The notes under the pieces were generated by a model. That model worked only from the letters and a program-made list of their open reading frames with translations. It ran no database searches and had not been told where the DNA came from. DNA of 64,000 bases from assembly GCA_000004985.1 (NCBI GenBank), contig GG738880.1. One strand, written 5' to 3'. Of the stretch, positions 45,462-56,962 are shown one piece after another (within the stretch, counting starts at the first letter, position 1; each line of letters begins with the position of its first letter). Source of the stretch: Naegleria gruberi. Taxonomy: Eukaryota. The position numbers were made by a program, and so were the translations under genes.

Positions 45462-47921
45462 ATGTTTTCATACGGTGACAATCAACCGAATAACAACAAC
45501 CTTGGCCAATATCAACATCGAAGAGAATCAATAATTGGAGGAAGGACAAAGAAGAAGTCAACTTCACGATCTAAACAATCGGATTTCCCAGTTGCTTTCT
45601 ACTCTGATTTTGATAGTGATGATATTGATGAGGCTCCTATCATTCGTCTAAATAATTCTAAAGAAGAATCAAACGAAACTGAATCAAACATCCAAACAAC
45701 ACCACGAAAGAAAAAACGAAAGAAACGACAATCTTCTTGTGGAGAATGCGGAGTAAACTGTAGAAGATATGGTTTCCGAATTATGAACCTAATTTTTGTC
45801 TTGTTTGTTTTTCAAACATTTTTTGGGATTTTGGCTTCTTTCGTCTTGCTGTTCTCTAGTGGATCCGATATTTACAAAAACACAAATGGATACGAAAGGT
45901 GGCAAATGAGCTACAAACTAAGGATGGGAGTTGTGAAAATTCAAAATTCTGCTAGAACTCTGGTTGACTTGATGTTTTACACTCTCTACATTGGAAGATT
46001 GATGGAATTGGATCATGAAATTGAGTGGATGCGATTATTACGAACAGCTGAGAGAATGATTATCAGTCGACAAATATCTTCCATTCAATTTATACGATAT
46101 GATGATTATTATATACTGTATAGAAACCATCTATTCGAAACGAGCAAACATTTCAATACATCAGAGGGCTTGAAAAAACATTTCGTTTATGCTGTAAGGA
46201 ATAATAGTGCACTCCTATTGTCGTATTATGATTTGCAATTGGTTGATAGAGAACACCATCATATTACTTCACCAACGGATAGTGATTGGTATAGGGAGGT
46301 GCAGAGTTCACGTAAGGCGTCTGAGCCTTGTTGGACTCACGCATATTTGAATGAGGAGAACTTGTATTCAGTTTATTTTGCCTATCCAATTTATAGCCAA
46401 ATTCCAACAAGAAACCTGAGCATGTCAGAGGTTAATGAAACTATTGTTGCTACTCAACCAAAAGATTTAGTGCAGTTTAATGGCACATCTGAGGATTATT
46501 TATTTGGAATTGTTGCATTAGAGTTCAAGATCCAATATGTCAACACCTTTCTGAACACTTCCTCTTCGCTACAATCATTCATAATCAATGGAACTGGATA
46601 TGTTTTGGCAAGGAGTAGTGATAGCGACTCTTCTATTGATGAACTTGCTCGTGAAATATATAATACTGGATTACTAAACATGAATCTGAGTGCCAACGAA
46701 TCGTACATTTTTGATTATAAGGGGAAAGTAGTGGAGATTTCAACAGTTAGAGATAATTACAATTTAACTTGGGCTGTTGTGACAACGAGTTTGGAAAGAA
46801 GTTATTTCTCAGAAGTCATATCCACGGGTGTTGTTTCCGTCATTTTATTTATTATCTTATTTGTATTAGAAACCTTAATTGTATTGTGTATTGTTCAATC
46901 TATTAACCAGCCTCTGATAGATATTACCAAACAAATGAATAATCTCATTTCATTTAAAGGCTTGGAATCTCCATACAAGAAACATGCAACAGTATTCAAT
47001 GAAATTAGAGAAATGGATGAAAATATACAAATTACACAGAGAGGAATATTTGCATTCAGCAAGTATGTTCCACACATTGTTGCCAAGATGATTGTCTCAA
47101 ATATGCAAGAGTATGGGAAAATTGGTTTGGAATTAGAACCTAGCATGACAGTCATGTATTGTGGAGTCAATAATTTTGCAGCACTTGCTGAAAAAACCGA
47201 AACCACAGCATTTATTCGAGTCATTACCGAATATTATAGCTCTATATCACAGGTAATTGAAGCTCATTATGGAATTATTGATAAATTCATTGAAGGTACT
47301 ATTATGATATTTTGGAATGAAAAATCATTCAGATGTGCCAATCATGAATCGCGAGCCTGTAAAGCTGCCATTGAGTGTATGGAAATATTAGAAGGTTTAA
47401 ACACTAAATGGAATAATTTAATGGGTATTCAATTGAGTATTTCTATTGGAATCACATGTGGTGAAATGCTTGTTGGTTGTCTAGGAAATAAGAGTAGAAT
47501 GTCATTTACTGTGATTGGTGATGCCTGTAATATTGCATTAAGATTACAATCCCTAGCTCCAAATTATTGTGCCATCCTTGTAAGTGGCGAGATTGTTGAG
47601 AGAGTGAAGGAAGAGTTTGTTTTGTATTTTGTTGATCTAATCAAATTGAGAGGAAAGAGTAATCCAACATGTGTTTACAATCTAGTAGCATTCAGGAGTG
47701 AGGCTTCTGATTTGGAGAAAAAGTTGGAAAATGACTTGTTGCAAGCCAAAGAGCTTCTCTTCGCTGGTCAGTATCTCCAATTTTATAGTGTTTGTGAAAG
47801 ATTGGCTGATGTGTGGAGTGATTCGGCAATAGTTGTAAAGTTGTTCGAAAGAGCTAAACGATTGGTTGCATCAGAAGAGAATATAAGCGATTCAGACAAG
47901 TCTGATAGTGTCTTTTTATGA
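45462..47921 (+). CDS. Transmembrane class III adenylyl/guanylyl cyclase with ACG-like topology: TM, a ~330-aa extracellular sensor region, TM, then the cyclase catalytic domain
   Basis: The N-terminal TM is ILASFVLLFSSG and the second TM is VVSVILFIILFVLETLIVLCIVQSI. The catalytic-domain motifs are EPSMTVMYCGVNNFAALAE, DKFIEGTIMIFWNE and FTVIGDACNIALRLQSLA. Confidence 0.8.
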   Translation: MFSYGDNQPNNNNLGQYQHRRESIIGGRTKKKSTSRSKQSDFPVAFYSDFDSDDIDEAPIIRLNNSKEESNETESNIQTTPRKKKRKKRQSSCGECGVNCRRYGFRIMNLIFVLFVFQTFFGILASFVLLFSSGSDIYKNTNGYERWQMSYKLRMGVVKIQNSARTLVDLMFYTLYIGRLMELDHEIEWMRLLRTAERMIISRQISSIQFIRYDDYYILYRNHLFETSKHFNTSEGLKKHFVYAVRNNSALLLSYYDLQLVDREHHHITSPTDSDWYREVQSSRKASEPCWTHAYLNEENLYSVYFAYPIYSQIPTRNLSMSEVNETIVATQPKDLVQFNGTSEDYLFGIVALEFKIQYVNTFLNTSSSLQSFIINGTGYVLARSSDSDSSIDELAREIYNTGLLNMNLSANESYIFDYKGKVVEISTVRDNYNLTWAVVTTSLERSYFSEVISTGVVSVILFIILFVLETLIVLCIVQSINQPLIDITKQMNNLISFKGLESPYKKHATVFNEIREMDENIQITQRGIFAFSKYVPHIVAKMIVSNMQEYGKIGLELEPSMTVMYCGVNNFAALAEKTETTAFIRVITEYYSSISQVIEAHYGIIDKFIEGTIMIFWNEKSFRCANHESRACKAAIECMEILEGLNTKWNNLMGIQLSISIGITCGEMLVGCLGNKSRMSFTVIGDACNIALRLQSLAPNYCAILVSGEIVERVKEEFVLYFVDLIKLRGKSNPTCVYNLVAFRSEASDLEKKLENDLLQAKELLFAGQYLQFYSVCERLADVWSDSAIVVKLFERAKRLVASEENISDSDKSDSVFL

Positions 47922-47932
47922 GTGGAAGCCAT

Positions 47933-50900
47933 CTAACTAATGATTTTAAATTGTTTGGCTAGTAATTGTTGCATATTTAGCAATACACTTGCAAATTCCT
48001 TATTTCTGCCAATTTCTAACAGTTGAGGATGAAGGAAAATATCGCTGGTTATGCACGTCTCTCCAGGAACATGTGATTCAAAGATTGTATCCTTTATCTT
48101 TGTGCATGATTCATAACTGTGATTGGCTATGAATAGTTTGTCCTCGACAGAAATAGTTGGATGGGACAATAATGTTTCAATCAAGGCCTTCCACTCATTA
48201 ACACAAGAAGAGTTGGCAGAGTCAATTAACTTTCTAAAGAAATCTCTCTTGAAATACGTTTCAAATAATTGATGAAATAAAGGAGGACATGCCCACATTA
48301 TTGAACACATGTAAACAACAAAGGATGGCCGAAAAGTTTCCTCATTTCTTATATCATTCATAATGGAAGAAACAATAAATTCGTTCCACATACTCTGAGC
48401 AAGTATTGATTCTGACATATTCCTCTTAATTTCCAACAAGTAAAGAGATTTTACAGAATAAAGTGCCAATAAATCTTCATTCTATACATAGGTATCAAAA
48501 AATATTAGTCGACACTGAAGATATGATTGTACTTACACTTAAAATATTATTCAGTAATGAATAAGCCAAGGTAAAACTCCAAACTTTCGAATGATCAATC
48601 TTGCTACTTGTTGACAATATTGTGTGGAATGTACATGTTGAAAGAATTCTTAAAAGTGGAGAATCATTATTCAAATATTGAATGGTAAATTTCAACAATG
48701 TTTCACAAATTTGGGAATTCTCTTCGCTTGATCCCACCATACTACGAAGCAAGGCTGTTATGAGTTGAAAGATGCTAATAATAAAACCACTTGCAATATT
48801 CTCTGAATCAAATAAAGTGAGTAATTTCTCTATGGATTGAAGTGACCTTGTCAAGTTGGATTTGACTTGAAAGCTAGAGAGTCTCTGTAAAGAAATGCCA
48901 TTATCATCTGCTGATCTTATCAAGTAGATAATTTTCGTTAGTATATTCATAGTGAGGCCAATAGTCTTCAAATCTAGCTTTAGGTCTGAAAGAGAATGAA
49001 ATATTTTAGAATAGTGATTAAAAATAGTTGAGAGATAAACAACACTTCTCGAGAAATCCAATATGATGCTAGTGCATTTAGTAATCTCATCAAGAGTTGA
49101 TGTAAGGTTGGTGTTACATCCCTTCTTGAGTGAAATATAAATATTACTCAAAGTAGGTTCTATTATTTTCTGAATGACAAGTGTAGAGTCCTTCTCATGA
49201 ACCAGTGCTTCTGTTGTGAAGTATTCGCTCAGTATTCTCAAGAATTGGGTAGTTGAATTTTTCGATGTTGAATTTTCCATAAAGAGTGAAACTAGAGTTG
49301 GTACAAGATCCACTCTGGCATCCTTTAAAATACCAAGCAAATACGACTCTTGGCTATGTGATTGCATGTTGATAAGACCAGATAATAAGGTACGTGTAAT
49401 ACCACTTGTTGTGCTCTCCTGTTGAGAAGCCCATTTTACAAAGAGTGAGGTTCTCTCCTTGAAGGAAAAATTTGTCAACTTCATACACTCCAGATACCAA
49501 CCCAGAACCAAGTTAGATATTGTGGAGGGAATTGTGCCGAAAGAATAATGTAAGGAAAGACCAACAAAGAGTTCGGAAAGTCTGAGCCTGGAAAGAGTGC
49601 TCAAATTACTAAGGCTCTTATCAAGAATCATTGTTGAAATAGTGGACAATAATGTATTCAGTGGTGTAATAATTTCATTATTAAAAAGGGTGTAATGTAA
49701 AAGAGCAATTCCTAATGCACAAAGATCACTTCGTAACATACCAACAATGCTAGTTGGAGAAAAATCAATCTGATCCAATATGGAGCTCTCTACAGGTGAA
49801 TCCAATAAATCACTAGAGTGCAATACTAGGACTAATAGCTGTTTGTGAGCAAGTGTCATTTCACAGGATGAATTAATAGATAATGATACAAATTTCTTTT
49901 GCAATAGATAATCAAGAATACTGGCCCTTTTTTGTTGAACAAGTCTTTGATAGAAATAGTCGTGACATGTTCTCAAAAATCTTTCATGAAGACTCTCAGA
50001 GATATTAACATGCTCAAGAATGAGCTCATCAATTCTTGATAACAAATCTGATTGTTGAAATTCACTCAATCTTCCAAGCCCAATAGCACAAATCATAAAA
50101 GTAGCAAGTCCCTCTTCAACTTCATCCAAAACTCCATTTTTCAAAATAGTGCTAAATAATACTGTTAAATGGTGTACCAGTTTACTCGTATCGAGTGTAG
50201 ATTGTTGTATGAACATATAGCAAATCTCACAGAGAGTCTTGAAATTCAAGCCAATTGTTGTAACCATCTCCTTTACAACATCACTAGGAAAATTAATTAT
50301 TGTGATACTGATCTGTTCGCACAATGAATTGAAATTATTTTGAAAGTCTTTCTGGGTAGTAAGGCCAAATTCTACACTATTCAAATAGTACATGTAAAAT
50401 ATGCTCAGAATATTATTTGACAAATTCAAGTGGTCAATAGTTTCAACTTTGGATGGAAAAATCTTTAACAATGCTGTAATACCTAACTCTTGGAAATTAT
50501 GCAAAAAATTAGTACCAACCAAATTGTTTCCAGAAACCAAAAGGGAGTGAAATATGGCTAAAATTGATGGGCTTATTTCTCCAGTAGCATCCTTGTTAAG
50601 AGCTTCAAAAAGAAAGTCACTAATATCTGAATTTAAAAATTGAACTCTGGCATCTTGACTTTTTGTTGAGCATTCCAGTATGAGTTGGTTGCAAATAATT
50701 TGTATGGAAATGTTTGGAGAGAGAATCACTGATATGAGAGCATTAATTAATCTTTGGTAGTCAATGATGGAGAGTACATCAAGAGCCTCCCTGTCAAACC
50801 TAACAAGACAATGCAAAACAGCCAAAGCATTAATATGAAGATCTTCATCCTCAGCCTTCAACAAACAAGCAAGAACAGTGTCAATGAATGTCTCATTGGA

Positions 50901-51891
50901 TTTGTTGTTCCACACACCATGTGCAATTCGAGTACAATCACTGTGTAGTTGAATAATTTGGCATAATTTCAATATGATGAATAGAACATCAGACTTTTGT
51001 TCATTTTCCGTCTTGTTGAATGATAGCTGATTGGAAGTAAAGTTGTTGATGAGGATGATGAGCAGTGAAGAGAAGGCTTCCACAGGTATGTTCACTACAT
51101 TCCAACAATCTTCAGATTGAAGACTTCTACAAATCTTGTCAACTAATAAACAGAGAAAGTTGGCACAAACATCACCAAATTGTTGTTGTTCTTCACTTAT
51201 TCCACACATCTAAAAGAACATCACATCCAGGTGGATTCGAATATTGAAGTTTAGAATATAGAGTTTAAAGCAAACTTACCACTTGCACAATTAGAGGAAA
51301 ATCTCTGGAAAGTAACTTATCAGTTGGAACAATTTCCAACCATAAGCGAATAACCTCTTCAAGTATGTTGTTCTCTCCCAATGATGATGCTTGGTATGCT
51401 GATTTAGTCTTCAAGCCTCCTTGACTATTGTCCAACACGAGTGATGATGAAGCAGGAAGGATAGCTTTCAAACAAGTGGAAAGTAACAAAGGACCTACAT
51501 GATCCAAATCATTGACCATTGAATTGATTTTAGGATTCATCCCAGAGGCTAGTGAAGATATAATCATGGCCGAGGAAGAAGGACAAAGAAGTTGCTTCAA
51601 CACATCTAATAGTTTAATCTTCCTCAACGATAATTGGCTCTTATCAAACAGGAATGCCAAGGCACATTCAAGACAAATTGCTTGTTGTGTTGCTTGTTGT
51701 CCAATAGGAAAAGCACTAGTTACATTGTTATGGATTGATGTTGTTCCTCCTATGGTAGATGGTAATGAAGATAGGATGGAGAGAGGATTATGTAAATGAT
51801 GAGAGGAAGCAGCCATTGATGATGAAAGTAGACTACTCGGAAGGCTTGTTGTTGTGGATGATCCAGAAATTGTCTTGTAGTTGAACATCAT
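47933..51891 (-). CDS. Large (~1290 aa) alpha-helical repeat (ARM/HEAT-like) protein, uncharacterised; 3 exons
   Basis: Proposed model is join(47933..48481, 48537..~51209, ~51280..51891) on the minus strand, with 55-nt and 70-nt GTAAGT..TAG introns. Both junctions are in phase: ...LNNILS|NEDLLALYSV... and ...PLIVQV|MCGISEEQQQ... Confidence 0.55.
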
Positions 51892-52404
51892 GCTGTTCTA
51901 TTTCTTTTTTAATTTTGATCATTGTAGTGAAATATACAAGTTGTAGTGTTGTACAAATAGTTACTTGTAGAAGGCTTTTAAAAGCAAGGCTTGTTTTCTT
52001 CTTTGAAAATTAAGGCTACGACGCAAAGCTTCCGAACATTTTTTATAAAAACCGCGGATAAATTTTACTCGAAATTTATTTTATTAATAAAATCTGATGT
52101 GTGTTTGAGGTCAAAACAATTGGCTACAAGCATATTTTATATATAGTGTTAAAGATTTGACTCTTTCAACCTGATTTCAATACAGATAGTATCCAAAATT
52201 TGAATAATACTTCCAAATAATCATGATATCAATCCCTCCTCATATCATGAAGTGAGGAATCATATTTATTTGAAGAATAACCTCAGGATAATTCGTAAGA
52301 TTTCAAGATCCTAAATACACCAAAGAACCCGTTCTTGAACAGTTGTAAAGTTCTTGTTGGGTGTTATGGTTGATTAGTTGTGTGAAAAGATACCAAAAGT
52401 AAGT

Positions 52405-53520
52405 TTATAAAAATATTAATACGAAACAAATCATAAACACAATGATTTGATGACCAAATGCTTGAAGAGTCAATTCTCCATTTTCCATTGAACTATTTCT
52501 TATAGATACATTTCTGAATGGTGGTGAAATTGAAGTTTTTGGGTTTGATGTTCCATTGTAAAATTGTGGAGCCCAGCTCATAAGAGGAGTTCCACCACCA
52601 GAACCCATTGAACCATTGGATGCAGCTACTTGTTGCCACATTCCCATATTCCAATTATCAACAACTGAAATATTTGAAAACAATAATTTCACATCGAGTG
52701 CCCACTGATTACCACGTGATCCAAATTTTAGACCATATGCTTTTTCAAACTGATCATTATAGCTTCCCTCAGCTGATATTTCAGTACCAATATTGATTGC
52801 ATTCCAAAAGGTGTCATCCACTAGATAGACTCCATAATTTTGAAGTGTCCCATAGAATAAATATCAATATTACTATTGAGAGCGAGTAGAGATCCTTTCT
52901 AAAATAATTTTTGGCTGCCCATAAATCAGCTTTTAAGGCATGACGTACTGGATGAACTGTTCCATTAGCATCTGGAATTAACTCTCCCAATCGAAGAGCT
53001 CCTCCAATAGATGACAATCCAGATCCTCCATGAGATCCAAGTCTTCCATCTCCATATAAATTAACCTTGATAATATTGGTCATGGAGGTTACATTTGATG
53101 TGGCAGTACTATTTGTACAATGACACAATGGTTGTGTCTGTACCAATGTCTGTCCATCTTGCATCAATATGGCAGCAGCATAATTAGCCAAACTAGATGG
53201 CAACACAAGATCACTTGGAAATGGAACAGTGGCCAAAACCTTTGGTGGATTCACAATATCACAACGTGCATTTCCTCCATTCCAAGAACCTGTCGAATAG
53301 TAAATTGGAGTGAGTGGATAACTAGAATTCATAATGAGCACATCTTCATCTGGTAGAATTATAGTACCACTATCAATGTTACGAATATTGGCAGGAACAT
53401 AGATTGCATTCTTTCCAATTGGTAAATTCTATTGTAATCTGCGAATGGCCATTTGAGTGCAGAACGAGTGGAGGGAGATGGAGTAACTTGGAATGAATAG
53501 GTAGCAGTAGCTTTTCTCTA
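52405..53520 (-). CDS. Hypothetical, probably secreted, G/S/N-rich protein; exon structure unresolved (ORFs 52405..52821 and 52814..53341 plus an upstream segment)
   Basis: There are coding-like ORFs on the minus strand (NGGNARCDIVNPPKV..., YGDGRLGSHGGSGLSSIGGALRLGELIPDANGT..., GSRGNQWALDVKLLFSN...). It has no confident family. Confidence 0.3.
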
Positions 53521-53989
53521 AACATAATCTAAAACTTCTGATAATCTATTCCAACTTAAATTCAAGCATTCCATTAGAAATCCCTTGTCGTCTTTGCTCG
53601 TTTTCATTTCATTGAAGAAATAGGAAAATATTTTATATTTTTTAAAAAAAAATTATCTAAACCAAAATGATGTTTGATAACACACCAAGTTTGCTTCCTG
53701 AGCGAAAGATGCACTTGTTCTTCCTTCGACATTTGCTTGTTGTTTGTAATCTGTGCACTTTAAAAACTCTAACCTGATGATTAATCATTTGACCTCCACC
53801 GAGGTTGTACTGATGTAACTTGATTGAAAAAGTGATTCCCCTAACTGATAGAGTAGATTTTATTCACCAAATGAAACATTCTTTTTTGGCACATTTTGAA
53901 TCCAAAGATAAAAACCTTTGATATTTGGGTGTATACTGAAAAAAGAGCGCCAAATAATCAGTACTATTTCTTAAAGCATTAGAAAAAAA

Positions 53990-55840
53990 ATGAATCTCCC
54001 ACCTTCTTCCTCAAACTTGAGCCTTACATCAATACCCACTATTTCATCGAGTACTAGTAGCTTGGCACAAAATGATGAGGATTTTCTTCAATATGGTGGA
54101 GGAGGTGGCGATAATCAAAAGAATAATTATCAAGATGATTTGGCAAGTAGTAGTTCGGGTGATGAATCGGAATTATGTTCAGGATTGAATACAAGAGCCT
54201 CATTGAATGACTCTATTCAAGCTCCATTAACTTCAAGGAGGATTGCCTCAGTCACAAACATTATTGATGATGAATCGCCTGATGTTGTTTTACATACATC
54301 GGTGAGTGAGGATTCCTTTCTGAGGTCATCATTGACAAGTAGTAGACCAAAAGTTCCAACAAGGGAGACATCGTCACTGATGAATTCCATTGACGATTTT
54401 AATTCAATCACATCCCAAATGTATAATGTTAATAGTAGTATTCCAGATATCAAATTGAAATCACCGAGAAGTACAACAGCAGTTCTTAAGAACCCAACAC
54501 CTCCAATGCCTATCGATTTACAGCAACAACAGCAACAGGTACTCAACAGACCAACATATAAGGGAAATTTATTATTTGATTCATCTTTTGAGAGTGGAAA
54601 CTTGGAGAAGGTAATTCGTGTCGATGAGAATGAGTATGATCTTTATGTGAGAGGAGATACTTACAATCCAGGAAAGAGGATGTGGTATTATTTCAAAGTA
54701 TCAAATGTTTTGAAAAATCAAAAAGTCTTGTTTACAATTACAAATTTGAGTAAGAACAAATCACTCTACAGACAAGGAATGACACCACTTGTGTCAAGTA
54801 CTAGCAGACCCAAGTGGGAGAGAATTCCTGAAAAACAAGTTTACTATTACAGAAAACCTGCAAAATATGCCAATATTGCAACAGCACCCAATTTGTTATC
54901 ATTTGTTTTTGTCTTTGATAGAGATGAAGATGAATATTACTTTTCCTATTGCTATCCTTATACTTATACCGAGTTGCAAAAATTCCTTTTCGTTATTGAA
55001 TCCAAGAACTTCAATTATTTTCATAGATCAGAGCTCTGTAAAACAGCCCAAAACAGGAGGTGTGACATTTTGACAATTGCCAGCCCATCTCTTCTGGCTG
55101 ATACTACCATCAAGAAGAAAAAGATTGTCTTTATCACCTCAAGAGTCCATCCAGGAGAAACTCCTGCCAGCTTTGTTTGTCATGGATTTATCAGTTTTAT
55201 ATGTTCCAACCATCCTGTTGCTGTACAGTTGAGAGAAAAGCTAATTTTCAAAATTGTTCCAATGTTAAATCCTGATGGTGTCGCAATTGGAAATTACAGA
55301 ACCTGTAGTATGGGATTCGATCTTAATAGACATTGGCTGAGTCCTCAAGAGTGGAGTCAACCAACTATTTATCATGTGAGAAAGTACTTGCTCGAATTGA
55401 GAAACGATCCAAATTATCAAATCGATTTCTTTATGGATCTACACTCTCACTCAGCTGCAAACAATGGTTTCATGTATGTAAATTATGGAAACAAACCAAA
55501 CAGTTCCACAATGGATTCGGATCAACTCAGATTCCCAAAACTTTTAGATTATAGAGCTAAAGAATTTTCTATGAGTGACACTAAACGATGTAAAGATCCA
55601 TCCAAACTCGGTGCAAGTAGAAGAGTATTGGGAGAGGTTCTCAATGTTGCAAAGTATTGCTACACCTTGGAGGTTTCTTTCTTTAGTTACAAATCCAGTG
55701 CAGAATCAACGAAAATGAGCCCCTTCACAATGGAAAATTATTGCAATCTTGGAAAGAATATGTGTATGGCTTTGGCTGATTTTTATGGTCTAGATACTGC
55801 TAGCATTGTCATTCCTTCAGCTCAAGAATCTAAAGATTAA
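53990..55840 (+). CDS. Cytosolic carboxypeptidase (M14 CCP/Nna1 family; tubulin deglutamylase-type)
   Basis: The N-domain reads FESGNLEKVIRVDENEYDLYVRGD. The M14 motifs are ITSRVHPGETPASF, NPDGVAIGNYR and FFMDLHSHS. Confidence 0.8.
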   Translation: MNLPPSSSNLSLTSIPTISSSTSSLAQNDEDFLQYGGGGGDNQKNNYQDDLASSSSGDESELCSGLNTRASLNDSIQAPLTSRRIASVTNIIDDESPDVVLHTSVSEDSFLRSSLTSSRPKVPTRETSSLMNSIDDFNSITSQMYNVNSSIPDIKLKSPRSTTAVLKNPTPPMPIDLQQQQQQVLNRPTYKGNLLFDSSFESGNLEKVIRVDENEYDLYVRGDTYNPGKRMWYYFKVSNVLKNQKVLFTITNLSKNKSLYRQGMTPLVSSTSRPKWERIPEKQVYYYRKPAKYANIATAPNLLSFVFVFDRDEDEYYFSYCYPYTYTELQKFLFVIESKNFNYFHRSELCKTAQNRRCDILTIASPSLLADTTIKKKKIVFITSRVHPGETPASFVCHGFISFICSNHPVAVQLREKLIFKIVPMLNPDGVAIGNYRTCSMGFDLNRHWLSPQEWSQPTIYHVRKYLLELRNDPNYQIDFFMDLHSHSAANNGFMYVNYGNKPNSSTMDSDQLRFPKLLDYRAKEFSMSDTKRCKDPSKLGASRRVLGEVLNVAKYCYTLEVSFFSYKSSAESTKMSPFTMENYCNLGKNMCMALADFYGLDTASIVIPSAQESKD

Positions 55841-55870
55841 CTTTTAAACAATAGAACACGAACTTTCACT

Positions 55871-56836
55871 TTAATGGTAGCGAATCTTTAGGTAATCTTT
55901 GAGTTGAGGACTTTCAATTTGCGATAATGTTTCATAAGATAATGTGGACCAAGTAAGAAGAGAATATAATCCCCTATCTGACCTACTAGACACTTCCTCA
56001 ATTGCTATCTGTAAGAAATCAATCCTTTCATTGAATAATCTTGCTAAATTCGTGTACATGGGTAATTTGAGACGTTTCATCATTTCTCGAAACAATTCAC
56101 AACTAACTGTTTTTGGATTCATGTTTTGGATTAGATATCCACGTACTTGAAACGTTGGATTTTTCATTAAAATCTCTATACATTCTTGATCAAATTTAAC
56201 CTTTTCCAAAAGTCCTCTTTGAAATTCTATGGCACGTTCACTTTCCAACACTCTTGAAACTTCTTTCGAATAGGTTTGAGATTTTTTAACAAAACTTTCC
56301 ATAAAGCTCCTCATACATACTTCTGCATCTTTAAATTGAGGCTTATAACTCAAATTCCTACAAATCAGAATTTCCTTAACATCCTCACTAGTCAAACCAT
56401 ACTTTAACTCATCAAATCTATTACAAAAGTTTTGAAATAAATAATACCATTCATGAGCAATAATTCGTATCAATATCTCCCTACTCGATGTTGCAACATG
56501 TTGCAATCCATTTCTCTGTGCTTTTCTTCTCAATTGTTTGGCTCTCTTTTTATAACATATTCTCATTCCCTTCTTGAAATTTGTGAGCATCACCTTTTTA
56601 GAATTCTGTTCAAAATTTAAATTTTCTTGCCTCGATTTTGAATAAAGTTCTTCATAGTGATGAGCAGTTTGTTCTAGAAAGTATCGAATTTGAATTGTCC
56701 AAGTGTTGTTCGGTAAATTCTCAGTAATGAAGAACCAATTCTTGCAAACGAGTGATGCTCCGAGAAGTAAATCAGCAAGTGGAAGAAACGAAAATACTTC
56801 ACCAACACAATCATCATGCAAGTAGTTGTTCATCAT
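55871..56836 (-). CDS. F-box domain protein (321 aa)
   Basis: The N-terminus reads DDCVGEVFSFLPLADLLLGASLVCKNWFFI. Confidence 0.6.
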   Translation of the reverse strand: MMNNYLHDDCVGEVFSFLPLADLLLGASLVCKNWFFITENLPNNTWTIQIRYFLEQTAHHYEELYSKSRQENLNFEQNSKKVMLTNFKKGMRICYKKRAKQLRRKAQRNGLQHVATSSREILIRIIAHEWYYLFQNFCNRFDELKYGLTSEDVKEILICRNLSYKPQFKDAEVCMRSFMESFVKKSQTYSKEVSRVLESERAIEFQRGLLEKVKFDQECIEILMKNPTFQVRGYLIQNMNPKTVSCELFREMMKRLKLPMYTNLARLFNERIDFLQIAIEEVSSRSDRGLYSLLTWSTLSYETLSQIESPQLKDYLKIRYH

Positions 56837-56962
56837 TTTTTTAAATATTTGCAGAAATTATTACAAAAAACTTTAATAATATATTTAACATTTAAATATA
56901 TTGACATTTAATATTATCCAAATCATAATGACGGATTTCATTTAAAAACTCCGTTAAAAAAA

